Source of the DNA: an uncultured Holophaga sp.
GTDB taxonomy: Bacteria; Acidobacteriota; Holophagae; Holophagales; Holophagaceae
Direction: 5' to 3'
Assembly: GCA_963664825.1 (NCBI GenBank)
Contig: OY761614.1
Span: 1,376,001 to 1,440,000 of the forward strand
DNA: 64,000 bases
Shown in pieces: positions 11,717-22,036 of this stretch; within the stretch, counting starts at the first letter, position 1; each line of letters starts with the position of its first letter. The translations under genes and the position numbers were made by a program. The notes under the pieces were generated by a model. It was not told where the DNA came from. It saw only the letters and a program-made list of their open reading frames with translations, and ran no database searches.

Positions 11717-13753
11717 TTAAACAGTCGACCTATTCTTTGACCAGTTAATGAATGATTTCCCAATGCTCGAGAGTTCCGTGCCCTGGCGGCCCACGCTGGA
11801 GCGCACCAGCCCCAGCTCGGCCAGCAGCTGGAGGACGCCCCTCACCTCGGCCTCGCTCAAGGGGTTCCCCTGACCCTGGAGGGCGGTCTTGATGCTATTC
11901 CGCCCCGCCCTGAGGCCTCGGTTGGCAAACTGATCCAGGATCCCCAACACTCCCAGGGCCCGGTCCAGACCGCAGCGGGCGCCCAGGATGGCCTCCTCCG
12001 CTCCGAAGGATTCGGTCCGGCTCACCAGGTAGGCGGGTAGAGCCTCTACGGTGACCGTGGATTTGGCCATGAGGGTGATGTGGTTGGCCACATTCCCCAG
12101 TTCCCGGATATTCCCGGGCCACGCGTAGTGCTGCAGGAGTTCCCGAGCCTCGGCCGTGAAGGTCAGGCGGGCCTGGTGCTGTTCGGCCAGGAAGTGCTTC
12201 AGCAGGGGGAAAATATCCTCCGGCCGCTCCCTCAAGGGGGGCACGATCAGGGAGAGGGCGTTGAGGCGGTAGTAGAGATCCTCCCGGAACTGCCCGGCCT
12301 GGATGCGTTCCCGCAGATTGCGGTTCGTGGCCGCGATGACCCGGATATTCACCTGGGTCAGCTTGGTGGAACCCACCCGCATGATCTGGCGCTCCTGGAG
12401 GACCCGCAGCAGCTTGGCCTGGAGCATGGGCGGCATGTCCCCGATCTCATCGAGAAAGACCGTGCCATTGTTCGCCTGCTCGAAGAGGCCCTCCTTGCCC
12501 TCCCGGAGGGCCCCAGTGAAGGATCCGCCCACGTACCCGAAGAGTTCGCTCTCCAGCAGGTTCTCGGGCACGGCTGCGCAGTTCACGGCCACGAAGGGCT
12601 GCTTCTCCCGGGGGGAGGCGTTGTGGATGGACTGGGCCAGCAACTCCTTGCCCGTGCCACTCTCCCCCATGATGAGCACCGTGAATTCCGAACCCGCGAT
12701 CCGCTTGGCCAGTTCGATGCACTGGCGCATCGCTGGGGAATGGGTGAGCACATCGGGGAAGGTGTAGCGGGCCGTGAGGCCGCGCTCCCTCAGCTTGCGG
12801 CTCAGGTTCTGCTCCAGCTGGCGGATGTAGGTCACCTCCTGGAAATTGAAGTAGCTGCCGCTGGGCTCGCCAAAATAGTGGATGTCCTGACGATTGACCA
12901 CCAGGGAATGGCCCTTGGTCTCGACGATCCACTCCCGGCTCTGCTCCTGCCCCAGGATCTCCTGGATCTCCGGAGCGAAGACCTCGAGGCCGCGGCCCAG
13001 GATGTCCTCCCGCAGATCGAGCATCTCGGCCAGGGCCTGGTTATGGAGGGCGATCTTTCCCTGGTTATTGATCAGCAGGATGCCTTCGTGGGCCAGATTG
13101 ATGATCGTGTCCAGTTCGATATTGCGCTTGAAGAGGTCCTTGTACTGGTGGTTGACCCCCGTATCCAGGGTGACGTTGTTCTGGGAATAGCGCAGCAGCC
13201 GCTGATCGATATCCCGGTCCACGATGCGCAGCCGGATGATGATCTCGATGAAGGTGGAGATATCGATGCAGCGGTGCCCGATATCAATGACGGTGGAGAT
13301 GTGCTCGGGCACGAGATCCCGCTCGCCGGGGGTGACGGCGATATGGATATCGGAACAATCCATGCCCTCTTCAAACGGGATGAAGTGCAGGTGGTTGAAC
13401 TCCAACTGCTGCATGAGGGCCACCATCTCCATGGTGGTCTCGGGCAGGTTATTGACCACCAGCACCTGGGTGCCCGGAGGAAGGGTGAAGATGCGGTGGG
13501 CATCGCTCTCCCGGATGGTGCGATGCACCGCCAGGATCCGCCGGGCCTCGGCCACGTGGTTCTGCACCTCCAGGGCCTTGCTTTGGGTGGTCACCAGCAC
13601 CAGATCGGCTTCGATGGGTTCGCAGGGTTTGAGGTTCTCGAAGAAGTGGCTGCGGATCTCCACGCGACCCCCGAGGACCTCCATCAGGTCCCGGCCCAGC
13701 ACATCGCCCAATTGCGAGTTCCGCTGGTCGGTGATCAAGGCGATCCGCTTCAT
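11717..13753 (-). CDS. Sigma54-dependent enhancer-binding transcriptional regulator
   Basis: GESGTGKE, ESELFGY..GSFTGA, FLDEIG, FREDLYYRL, WPGNIREL; PAS-like region upstream and winged-HTH-like C-terminus. Confidence 0.93.
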   Translation of the reverse strand: MKRIALITDQRNSQLGDVLGRDLMEVLGGRVEIRSHFFENLKPCEPIEADLVLVTTQSKALEVQNHVAEARRILAVHRTIRESDAHRIFTLPPGTQVLVVNNLPETTMEMVALMQQLEFNHLHFIPFEEGMDCSDIHIAVTPGERDLVPEHISTVIDIGHRCIDISTFIEIIIRLRIVDRDIDQRLLRYSQNNVTLDTGVNHQYKDLFKRNIELDTIINLAHEGILLINNQGKIALHNQALAEMLDLREDILGRGLEVFAPEIQEILGQEQSREWIVETKGHSLVVNRQDIHYFGEPSGSYFNFQEVTYIRQLEQNLSRKLRERGLTARYTFPDVLTHSPAMRQCIELAKRIAGSEFTVLIMGESGTGKELLAQSIHNASPREKQPFVAVNCAAVPENLLESELFGYVGGSFTGALREGKEGLFEQANNGTVFLDEIGDMPPMLQAKLLRVLQERQIMRVGSTKLTQVNIRVIAATNRNLRERIQAGQFREDLYYRLNALSLIVPPLRERPEDIFPLLKHFLAEQHQARLTFTAEARELLQHYAWPGNIRELGNVANHITLMAKSTVTVEALPAYLVSRTESFGAEEAILGARCGLDRALGVLGILDQFANRGLRAGRNSIKTALQGQGNPLSEAEVRGVLQLLAELGLVRSSVGRQGTELSSIGKSFINWSKNRSTV

Positions 13754-13848
13754 GCCATCTCCACTGGACAGACTGTCAGGGATGGGCGCTTTTTCAAGTG
13801 CGATCCGAGGGCCGTTTGGGGCATTCTTTAAGGTTCGGAGCATACGGA

Positions 13849-14526
13849 ATGGCCATCAATCCCAAGAGCAAGGAAATCCAGGTCCAGAAGCCGGCCCAGA
13901 GCCTGCAAGCCTTTCAGCAGAAGCTGGCCCGGGGGGAGGACTCCCAGACCACCCTCCTCAAGCCCCTGCTCATCGGGGCGGGGATCGTGGCCGTCCTGGT
14001 GCTAAGCACCTTCGGCTTCCTGGCCTGGCGCGCCAATGTGCTCGAGAAGCACGAGGTGGCCGTGACCGAACTCCTCACGGAAGTGCAAGGGGACGGCCTG
14101 AGCCCCGTGCCCCCCGCTGAGCTGGAGCAGCGCATGCGGGCCCACCTGCCTCAATTGGAGGCCCTGGCCAAGGGCGCCCCGAGCGCCGCCGCGGCCACCA
14201 CCCAGGGTCTCCTGGCCTCCTGGCGCCTCCAACTGGATGGCCAGGCCCCCCAGGCGCCTGAGGGTACGGACCCCTGGGCCCGGCTGCGCTTGTCCCAGCG
14301 GCAGCTCGCCCTGGCCCAGGCCGACGCTGTGGCCTCGACCCTCCAGCCCCTGCGCCATGCCGCCAAGCCCGATACGCCCTGGGCCCCCCTCTACTGGACC
14401 ACCCTGTTGGAACTCCACCGCCTGAAGGGGGACCGGGACCAGGCGTGGCAGGACTATGCCGAGTACAAGGCCCTCTTCAAGGACCGCGCCGATCCTTCCT
14501 TCGAGAAGGTGCTGGCCAGCATCTGA
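13849..14526 (+). CDS. Hypothetical single-TM helical protein (YfgM-like topology)
   Basis: One hydrophobic segment (LLIGAGIVAVLVLSTFGFLAW) followed by an Ala/Leu-rich helical region. Confidence 0.6.
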   Translation: MAINPKSKEIQVQKPAQSLQAFQQKLARGEDSQTTLLKPLLIGAGIVAVLVLSTFGFLAWRANVLEKHEVAVTELLTEVQGDGLSPVPPAELEQRMRAHLPQLEALAKGAPSAAAATTQGLLASWRLQLDGQAPQAPEGTDPWARLRLSQRQLALAQADAVASTLQPLRHAAKPDTPWAPLYWTTLLELHRLKGDRDQAWQDYAEYKALFKDRADPSFEKVLASI

Positions 14527-14557
14527 TTGCACTTCTAACCCGCCTTCGGGAGTTCCC

Positions 14558-15859
14558 ATGCGCATGTACGATTTGATCTACACCAAGAAGATGGGCGGAG
14601 CCCTCTCCCCCGAACAGATCGCCTTCTGGACCAAGGGCGCCGCCGATGGCAGCCTCACCGATGAGCAGAGCGCGGCGCTCCTGATGGCCATCTGCTGGCG
14701 CGGTATGAATACAGAGGAGACGCTGGCTCTCACCCTGAATATGCGCGACTCCGGCGACCGGGTGGATCTCTCCTCCGTGCCCGGCGTGAAGGTGGACAAG
14801 CACAGCACGGGCGGCGTGGGAGACAAGACCACGCTGATCCTCGGCCCCATCGTCGCGGCCTGCGGCGTGCCCTGCGCCATGTTCAGCGGTCGTGGCCTGG
14901 GTCACACGGGCGGCACCGTGGACAAATACGCCGCCATCCCGGGGCTCCGGGTCGAACTCGATATCGACCAGTTCAAGGAGAGCCTCCTCCAGACCGGTTT
15001 CGCTAATAGCGCCCCCACCGGCGATATCTGTCCCGCCGACCGCAAGCTCTACGCGCTGCGGGACGTGACAGCGACCGTCGAATCCATTCCCCTCATCACA
15101 GCCAGCATCATGTCCAAGAAGCTGGCCGGCGGCAGTGACGCCCTCGTGCTGGACGTGAAGTGCGGCGGCGGGGCCTTCATGAAGACGCCGGAGGATTCCA
15201 AGGCCCTGGCCCAGAGCATGGTGAATGTGGGCAAGGCCCATGGGGTGAAGATCAAGGCTCTCATCACGCGCATGGAAGAGCCCCTGGGCTGGGCCATCGG
15301 CAACGCCCTCGAGGTCGTGGAATCCGTGGAGATCCTCAAGGGCATGCATGGGGAGAGCGATCTGGCTCAGATGAGCTTCCGCCTGGCCGCCGAGATGCTC
15401 GTCCTGGGTGGCGTGGCGAAGAACTTGGCCGAGGCTCAGGCCCTGGTGAAGGAATCGGTCGCCTCCGGCCGAGCCATGGAGGCCTTCCGGAAGTGGACGA
15501 CCTTCAACGGCGGCGACGCCGCCTCCCTCGATGATTTCAGCCGCCTGCCCCAGCCCGGCAAGGTGGTGGAGATCAAGGCCACCCATGATGGTTGGATCCA
15601 GGCCGTGGATAGTCGCGCCCTGGGCCTCCTGGGCATGGAACTGGGAGCCGGACGGCGCAGCAAGAACGATGTGCTTGATCTGGGCGTGGGCATTCGCCTG
15701 CACCACAACGTGGGTGACCGCGTGAAGATCGGAGACACCCTATTCACGGTCTACGCTAAACAGGGCAGTGAGATTCCCGTGGAGCGCTACCTCGAGACCC
15801 TGAGCCTCCGGGCCCAGCTCGTCCCCAAGACATCCTGGCTGCTCGACACCGTCGAATAA
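14558..15859 (+). CDS. pdp: Pyrimidine-nucleoside/thymidine phosphorylase
   Basis: VDKHSTGGVGDK, SGRGLGHTGGT, RDVTATV, SIMSKK, LDVKCGGGAFMK. Confidence 0.93.
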   Translation: MRMYDLIYTKKMGGALSPEQIAFWTKGAADGSLTDEQSAALLMAICWRGMNTEETLALTLNMRDSGDRVDLSSVPGVKVDKHSTGGVGDKTTLILGPIVAACGVPCAMFSGRGLGHTGGTVDKYAAIPGLRVELDIDQFKESLLQTGFANSAPTGDICPADRKLYALRDVTATVESIPLITASIMSKKLAGGSDALVLDVKCGGGAFMKTPEDSKALAQSMVNVGKAHGVKIKALITRMEEPLGWAIGNALEVVESVEILKGMHGESDLAQMSFRLAAEMLVLGGVAKNLAEAQALVKESVASGRAMEAFRKWTTFNGGDAASLDDFSRLPQPGKVVEIKATHDGWIQAVDSRALGLLGMELGAGRRSKNDVLDLGVGIRLHHNVGDRVKIGDTLFTVYAKQGSEIPVERYLETLSLRAQLVPKTSWLLDTVE

Positions 15860-15878
15860 AGTCCAACAGACAACCAGT

Positions 15879-15914
15879 TCCAGGCCTCGAAAGTTCCTGC
15901 TTTCGAGGCCTGGA
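15879..15914 (+). terminator. Hairpin/putative terminator after pdp
   Basis: Perfect 15-bp stem TCCAGGCCTCGAAAG/CTTTCGAGGCCTGGA with a 6-nt loop; weak U-tail. Confidence 0.65.
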
Positions 15915-16105
15915 TTGCGTTTGCACGGATTTTAAAAAGGTTCCCGAAAATTTGGCGAGGCATGACTTTTTGGTTGCATTCCGAGCGGGACGTGGGATAA
16001 CTGGCCAACCTTCATTCACAACTTGAGCTTTTGAACACCCCGAGAGGGGTTTTCGTCGTTCCCTCCCCCGCGGCTTTGGCCGCGCCTTACCAAAGGAGTT
16101 ATTCC

Positions 16106-19100
16106 ATGACTCGAAACTCCAGGCTCCTCAGCTGCATCGTGGCGGGCCTTTGCACCGCCGGGATGGTCCAGGCCCAACAGACCTTCGGTGCCTTCAAGGG
16201 GCGCATCACAGACAAGGCGACCGGCGCTCCCAAAGGGGGTGTGCTCATCACAATCGATAACCAGGCCACTGGATATCATCGCCAAGGCGTATCCAACAGC
16301 GACGGGACCTTCCGTTTCTCCGTGGTGCCCCTTGGAAATTACCGCATCCTCTTCAAATCCCCCGATTCCACCGCTTCCATGATCCGCACTTCCATGCTGG
16401 GCACCGAAACAGAGGCCTCTGTCTCCATGGCTCCCGCCGCCACAGCGAGCGTCACAGTCGTAGCCACTGCCGATACCGTAGACCAAGCCAATACGACCTC
16501 GGCTGAAGTGGGCGTGAATGTCTCCTCTGAACGGCTGGAATCCCTGCCTGTCCTCAGTCGGAACGTGATTTCAGCGGCTGTCCTGGCTCCAGGCGTCCAG
16601 CTCATTGGTGGTTCCAACGTCGATCCCACGAAGAAGAGTGCGACCTACATGTCCACGGGCGAGGGCCAGGGGCGCGGCACCAATTTTAACATCGACGGCG
16701 GTGATAACAATTCTTCGGACGTGGGTGGTAATGTTTCCCCCATTCCCATGGATGCCATCGGCGAATTCCAGGTCGTCACCAATCAGTACAAGGCCGAGTT
16801 CGGCCGTTCCAATGCAGGTTTCCTGAACGTGGTGTCCAAGGCTGGCTCCAACACCTTCTCCGGGATCGTCAGCGGTCAGTATACCAACCAGGACCTGCGC
16901 GCCCGCAGCACGGACGAAGGGGACAAGAAGGACAACAACAGCCGAACGATTGCCGCCCTCGTCAGCGGTCCCATAGTGAAGGACAAGCTCTTCTACATGC
17001 TGTCCATGGAGCGCAAGGACGAAGAGGGTGCCGCTGCCACCTTCGCTCCACAATCGATCGCAACTTGGCCAACCCTGGGAAGCATCAAGACTAAGTTGAA
17101 GGAGACTGTGGCCTATCTACGCCTAGACTGGGCCGCTTCCCAGGTCTTGAACGTCACGGCCACCTATGGCTATGACAAGAACGAGACACCCAACCAAGCG
17201 TTCCCACACACCGGCCGCGCCAACGGCAACGTGGATCCATCCATGCTAGGGACGGGCCTGAACAAGACCAACCGATTCAGCTTGAAGGCGACGACCTCCT
17301 TCACGCCCAATGTAATCTGGGAAAGCAACCTGGCCTACTTCGATTACAAGAACGGCATCTCACCCAACGTCGGGGGTGGGGGAATGGGCACTCCCATGGA
17401 GATCCGAACCGTAACCAGTGATCTGCTGGGTATCCCCGCTCCCGACCGAGGCAGGTACGGAGAGGACCCCAACGCCTTCCAGAACACCGGCATCAAGCGC
17501 CTCCAATGGCGGAACGATCTGACCTACATGCTGGGTGATCATTTCTTCAAGGCTGGCCTGGATTTTCAGCACACTGAATACGCCGACCAGAATCTCTTTT
17601 ACCCAGAAACGGGCGTATACCTCATGTATATTGCCGGCATGAATCGTAGCGATATCTACAACCCGACCACCGGTACGAATCCTGTCCTGGCAAATACCAA
17701 TGTGGCTGGTATCAGCCTGACCCCCAATGGATTCCAGTCTGGAGAAAAATACAAACAATACGGCCTATACGCCCAAGATGATTGGACCATCAGCCCGAAA
17801 CTCTCCGTCTACCTTGGTCTTCGTGCCGACACGGATACGGTTTTCGATTTCATGAAGCAGTACCAGCCCCTATACAACCAGATATACGCGTCAAACCCCG
17901 AATTCCTCTGTGGGAGTTCGGTGCCCAAGAACAAGACCTACGTATCGCCCCGCCTGCAGATTGTCTACAAGCCCAAAGGAGATGACAACCTCACCTTCAA
18001 GTTGGGATACGGGAAGTTTGTAGCCAATACCATCGACAACGTGACGGGCTTCTGCCGCCAACTCGGGAACAAGGCCAACGGCATTTCAGGCCTCCTCATC
18101 GGCAACACTGCAGCACTGAGCACCAGCGGTGCACCCGACATCTACGACGTCTACGTCCCCAATTTTTCAAAAGGGACCACCATTTCAAATGTTAACGGCA
18201 ACCCCGTAGTTCTCCCCGCCGATCTTACTCCGTACAACTATGCGAACAATGTGGGGGGCCTTCGCGACTACTTCAAGAACATCGTCAACGGCTGGCTGAC
18301 CACAGCCAGCTACTCCACGGCCGGCAAATACCTCATGGCTTCCGACTTCCAATACCCCACCACGGACACCATTAACCTGGGTGGAACATTCAAGTTCGAT
18401 GAGCACAACACTGTAGACATTCAGTACATTTGGTCCCGCACACAACATTGCACTGTCCAGTATGCAGCGGACGGCGCCCTCGACCCGGACGGCAACCCCG
18501 TGCCACAGGCGTGGTCCCGTGGGCCCGGCGGCGAGAACATGGGCGACACCATTTTCCTGTCCAACCAGACGGCCCGCAGCAACCAGATCCAGGTGAAATA
18601 CTCTTACACCGGTCCGAAGCTATCCGTCCTGTTCAACATCGTGGCCAAGGAGTTCCGCTCCTCCTACGGCGGCAATGCGGGTTCCTTTGACAACACGGGT
18701 TCCGCCGATTTCTATGGCAGCGGCGCCCAAATTCCATGGAACACGGGTCATGAGCGTCTTAGCGCCGGCTCCGAATTCCTCTCTGGCTCCTTTGCCGTGA
18801 ACTATGTTTTCGATTTCGGAACCAAGGTGGGCGTGCTTGGAACTTGGCACAGCGGCAAGTTCTATGACACCTATACAGGCTTCAACGCCGAGATGGGCGC
18901 AGGCAACGAGAATTCAGCCTATCCAATCGACTGGGCCGGAACCCGGGAGGGTGATTGGGCCATGGATCTAGGCTTGCGGGTTTCCCATGCATTCAAGATG
19001 GGTAAGGGCATAACCATCGAACCGTTCCTCCAGGTCGCCAACATTCTGAACAACTACGATTACGGCGCAAATTACGACGGTAATATCAACGATCCGAATA

Positions 19101-19195
19101 GCACAGACCACAATAAGGAATTCGGGAATCGACGTGCCAATTGGCAAGCCAACCAACCTCGCACGGCAGCGGTCGGCTTCCGCCTCACCTTCTGA
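16106..19195 (+). CDS. TonB-dependent outer-membrane receptor (Oar-like, N-terminal carboxypeptidase-regulatory-like domain)
   Basis: AAGGAG SD, signal peptide, plug motifs NFNIDGGDNN and EFQVVTNQYKAEFGR, YAQDDW, terminal GFRLTF. Confidence 0.9.
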   Translation: MTRNSRLLSCIVAGLCTAGMVQAQQTFGAFKGRITDKATGAPKGGVLITIDNQATGYHRQGVSNSDGTFRFSVVPLGNYRILFKSPDSTASMIRTSMLGTETEASVSMAPAATASVTVVATADTVDQANTTSAEVGVNVSSERLESLPVLSRNVISAAVLAPGVQLIGGSNVDPTKKSATYMSTGEGQGRGTNFNIDGGDNNSSDVGGNVSPIPMDAIGEFQVVTNQYKAEFGRSNAGFLNVVSKAGSNTFSGIVSGQYTNQDLRARSTDEGDKKDNNSRTIAALVSGPIVKDKLFYMLSMERKDEEGAAATFAPQSIATWPTLGSIKTKLKETVAYLRLDWAASQVLNVTATYGYDKNETPNQAFPHTGRANGNVDPSMLGTGLNKTNRFSLKATTSFTPNVIWESNLAYFDYKNGISPNVGGGGMGTPMEIRTVTSDLLGIPAPDRGRYGEDPNAFQNTGIKRLQWRNDLTYMLGDHFFKAGLDFQHTEYADQNLFYPETGVYLMYIAGMNRSDIYNPTTGTNPVLANTNVAGISLTPNGFQSGEKYKQYGLYAQDDWTISPKLSVYLGLRADTDTVFDFMKQYQPLYNQIYASNPEFLCGSSVPKNKTYVSPRLQIVYKPKGDDNLTFKLGYGKFVANTIDNVTGFCRQLGNKANGISGLLIGNTAALSTSGAPDIYDVYVPNFSKGTTISNVNGNPVVLPADLTPYNYANNVGGLRDYFKNIVNGWLTTASYSTAGKYLMASDFQYPTTDTINLGGTFKFDEHNTVDIQYIWSRTQHCTVQYAADGALDPDGNPVPQAWSRGPGGENMGDTIFLSNQTARSNQIQVKYSYTGPKLSVLFNIVAKEFRSSYGGNAGSFDNTGSADFYGSGAQIPWNTGHERLSAGSEFLSGSFAVNYVFDFGTKVGVLGTWHSGKFYDTYTGFNAEMGAGNENSAYPIDWAGTREGDWAMDLGLRVSHAFKMGKGITIEPFLQVANILNNYDYGANYDGNINDPNSTDHNKEFGNRRANWQANQPRTAAVGFRLTF

Positions 19196-19215
19196 CCCAG
19201 ACCCAGAACACTAGC

Positions 19216-19250
19216 AAAAGGAAGGGGCCCTCACGGGTCCCTTCCTTTTT
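19216..19250. terminator. Bidirectional intrinsic terminator
   Basis: AAAAGGAAGGGGCCC-TCAC-GGGTCCCTTCCTTTTT between convergent genes. Confidence 0.85.
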
Positions 19251-19266
19251 CGTTCGACTGCTTTCT

Positions 19267-20019
19267 TCACAGTCCCAGCATTTCCTTCAACCTCGGCGTC
19301 ACGCTGCGGCTCACCTCCAGATCCACGCCTTCGGCCACGCGGATGGCGGCGCGACCTCCTTCGAGGGGACGCAGGCCCAGGACGGCCTCGGGGCGCAGAA
19401 GCAGATGGCGCTGGATGCGCAGGAGGCCCGCGCTAGGGAAGGCCTCCTCCACCTCCCCCAGGCTGGTCCAATCGGTGCGCTGGCGCGTGAGTTTGCCCCC
19501 CACAGGGGCCCAGGCGGAAACGACCTCCTCTTCCACTTCGAAGTGGGTGGTGCGCCTCAGTTCCAGGAAGACATGGCCCTCGCCGGCCTTCACGGGGAAG
19601 CGCGGGGAAGCCCCCAGGGCCATCTTGAGTTCACCGGCTTTGCGCCGGGGCACGGCGCCCTGGCGCAGGCGGGCGAGGGCCTTCTCCAGACGCTCGGCGG
19701 AGACGGGCTTCAGGAGGTAATCGGTGGCAGATGCCTCGAAGGCCCGCACGGCGTGCTCGGAAAAGGCCGTCACGAAAACCACCGGCGGGCATTCCTGACC
19801 ATCGGCTAGCTCAGCCATGACCTCCAGGCCCGTGATGCCGGGCATCTGGATATCCAGGAAGAGGGCCTCCACATCATGGCCCTGCTTCAGCCACGCCAAA
19901 ACACTGGGCCCGTCGGGGAGTTCGGCCAGCACCTCGCAGCCCGCCTCCCGCAGCAGGCGGCCCAGCCGCGCCCGGGCCAGGGGTTCGTCATCGGCCAGAG
20001 CTACTCTCAACAGGGTCAT
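19267..20019 (-). CDS. LytTR-family response regulator
   Basis: ADDEPLAR, FLDIQMP, VFVTAF, DYLLKP receiver domain; C-terminal LytTR-like domain (LRIQR, VSRS). Confidence 0.9.
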   Translation of the reverse strand: MTLLRVALADDEPLARARLGRLLREAGCEVLAELPDGPSVLAWLKQGHDVEALFLDIQMPGITGLEVMAELADGQECPPVVFVTAFSEHAVRAFEASATDYLLKPVSAERLEKALARLRQGAVPRRKAGELKMALGASPRFPVKAGEGHVFLELRRTTHFEVEEEVVSAWAPVGGKLTRQRTDWTSLGEVEEAFPSAGLLRIQRHLLLRPEAVLGLRPLEGGRAAIRVAEGVDLEVSRSVTPRLKEMLGL

Positions 20020-21086
20020 GGTCTTCTCCCGATTCTGTCCAAAGCGATCCGAATTTCGGCCAGGGTGCGCTCCCCTTCCGTGGATAGCCGGAAGGACGCG
20101 CCCTCGCCATAGGCGAGGTAGAGCCTGGCCTCCAGGTTCCCCACACCCACCCCGTTGCCCAGCAGCAGGGGCAGGGGCTTACCGCTATTGGCCACCCGCA
20201 GCAGGAGTTCATCGCCCTCCCGCGCCAGGGTGATCTCCAGATCGCCGCCGGAGAGAGAAGGCGCGATGCCATGTTTGATGGCGTTCTCCACCATGGGCTG
20301 GACGAGGAAGGGCGGTGTCTCCAAGGCCTCCAGGCTTTCATCCCAGCCCCATCGCACTTCCAGGCGCTGGCCCAGGCGCATGGATTCCACAGCCAGGTAG
20401 CGGCTCACCAGGGTGCGTTCGTCCCGGAGAGGGGCACTGGGCCTGCTGCCATGATTCAGCAGAGCCCGGTAGAGGGAGGCCAGATCCAGGATGCCCTTCT
20501 CTGCCGCCGGGGGATCGGTGTGCACCAGCTCGGCGAGCCCATTGAGGGCATTGAAGAGCGCGTGGGGGCTCAGCTGACCCCGGAGGAGCACCCAATGGGC
20601 CTCCCTCAATTTCTTTTCCGTCTCCTGTTTGAGGATCCGCGTGCGCTCCCAGTGGGTGATGGCGTATCCCGCCAGCATGGTGGTCGGCACCCAGATGGCC
20701 AGCACCGAACCCAGGGCCACCAGGGCCGCGGGGCGCGCCGTGGAGGTCGTGAAGAGGCTGAGGAGGACCAGGACGATGCCCAGCAGGAGGATGAAGGCCG
20801 CCGCGAAAAGACCCGACTGGACGAGTCCCTTCAGGAAGGGGGCGTGGGTGGCCCGGCCCTTGGTCCACAGCCAGGGGGCCGGAGAAAGCCAGAGGATCAG
20901 CACCGGCAACCCGAAGGCCGCCAACAGGGCGCCCAAGAAGGTGGTAGGCCGGTAGATGCCCGGCACCAGGGCCAGGTTCCCCGCGAACAAGAGGGTCAGG
21001 AGCAGCCCGAAACCGACCATGGGCATCCACACCCACGGGCTGCGAAGGCGAGTCTTCTCGTAGACGATCACATCCTCGGTGCGCAT
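20016..21086 (-). CDS. LytS/YehU-family sensor histidine kinase
   Basis: About 4 TM segments; LRGQLSPHALFNALN, QPMVENAIKHG, GVGVGNL. Confidence 0.9.
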   Translation of the reverse strand: MRTEDVIVYEKTRLRSPWVWMPMVGFGLLLTLLFAGNLALVPGIYRPTTFLGALLAAFGLPVLILWLSPAPWLWTKGRATHAPFLKGLVQSGLFAAAFILLLGIVLVLLSLFTTSTARPAALVALGSVLAIWVPTTMLAGYAITHWERTRILKQETEKKLREAHWVLLRGQLSPHALFNALNGLAELVHTDPPAAEKGILDLASLYRALLNHGSRPSAPLRDERTLVSRYLAVESMRLGQRLEVRWGWDESLEALETPPFLVQPMVENAIKHGIAPSLSGGDLEITLAREGDELLLRVANSGKPLPLLLGNGVGVGNLEARLYLAYGEGASFRLSTEGERTLAEIRIALDRIGRRP

Positions 21087-21162
21087 GCTCCGATTATGGC
21101 CAGTCCCAGCGACGACCGTCAGCCTTCCGCCCAGCGGGGGCCTTGGGGCGCCGAACCGCCCA

Positions 21163-21855
21163 TCACTTGGGTGCCGAAACCTGGACCAGGGCGGGACGCT
21201 GCTGCTGAATCTCCAGGGCCAGGGTCTTCACGCCATTGATGAGGAACTGCATGGCCACCGCCGCGAGGATCAGGCCCATGAGTTTGTTCATGACCTTGAT
21301 GCCCAGGGCGCCCATGCGCTCCATGACCCGGGGCGCCTGGCGCAGGAACAGGTAGCAGACCCATCCGTTGAGCAGGATGGCCACCAGCACCACCAGGTAC
21401 TCCGAGAGACTGATGCCAGCGATCATGCCCATCACCGTCGAGATGGTGCCGGGCCCCGCCAAGAGAGGGATCCCGAAGGGGATGATGGCGAAATCGTCGG
21501 GCAGTTTCAGGGCGGCCTCGGCCTTCTCCTGTTCGGTGGAACGCTCCCGGGGATCCTCGCCGTAGAGCATGGAGATAGCACGGTAGAGCACCAAGACGCC
21601 TCCCACGAAGCGCATGGCCAACGCCGTGAATCCGAAGAAGGTGAAGATGAATTGCCCCAGCAACGCGAAGAGCACCATCGTGACGGTGGCCGTGAGACTC
21701 GCCTTCCAGGCCGCCCGCCTCAGGGAGGGCGCATCCATGCCGGTGGTTGCCGTCGCGAAGAGCATCGAGGCGCTGGGGGGGTTGATGACCGAGAAGAGGG
21801 AGGCCGTCACCCCCAGGATGAAGGGCCATGTGGGGAGCGGAGAAAAGGCGGGCAT
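21163..21855 (-). CDS. MarC-family membrane protein
   Basis: FSVINP, IIPFGIPLLAGPGTIS, KLMGLILAAVAMQ. Confidence 0.9.
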   Translation of the reverse strand: MPAFSPLPTWPFILGVTASLFSVINPPSASMLFATATTGMDAPSLRRAAWKASLTATVTMVLFALLGQFIFTFFGFTALAMRFVGGVLVLYRAISMLYGEDPRERSTEQEKAEAALKLPDDFAIIPFGIPLLAGPGTISTVMGMIAGISLSEYLVVLVAILLNGWVCYLFLRQAPRVMERMGALGIKVMNKLMGLILAAVAMQFLINGVKTLALEIQQQRPALVQVSAPK

Positions 21856-21873
21856 GCCTTATCCTATCGCTGG

Positions 21874-21927
21874 ATGGATGATCTTCTGAAGTATCGCGAA
21901 CAGCACAAGCTCCGGCTCTCCTGGATG
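21874..21927 (+). repeat. Diverged duplicate of the 5' end of the downstream acyltransferase gene
   Basis: 21883-21927 matches 22052-22096 at 41/45 nt (LLKYREQHKLRLSWM vs LLKYCQQHKLRLSWM). Confidence 0.9.
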
Positions 21928-22036
21928 ACAGGGCCCAGTCCGCGATCCGGCGCCGCAGGCGACGGGAGCGGGAGCAGCGCCCAGTGGGCGCTGCGATCCG
22001 GGGGTAGTCAAGGGCATCCAGGAGCGGAGGACGGAC

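Noticed and set aside
12505..12530. GSFTGA instead of GAFTGA in the sigma54 activator as a sign of sigma54 independence
   Set aside because: Conservative variant keeping the key F and T, and a good -24/-12 promoter lies next to the gene
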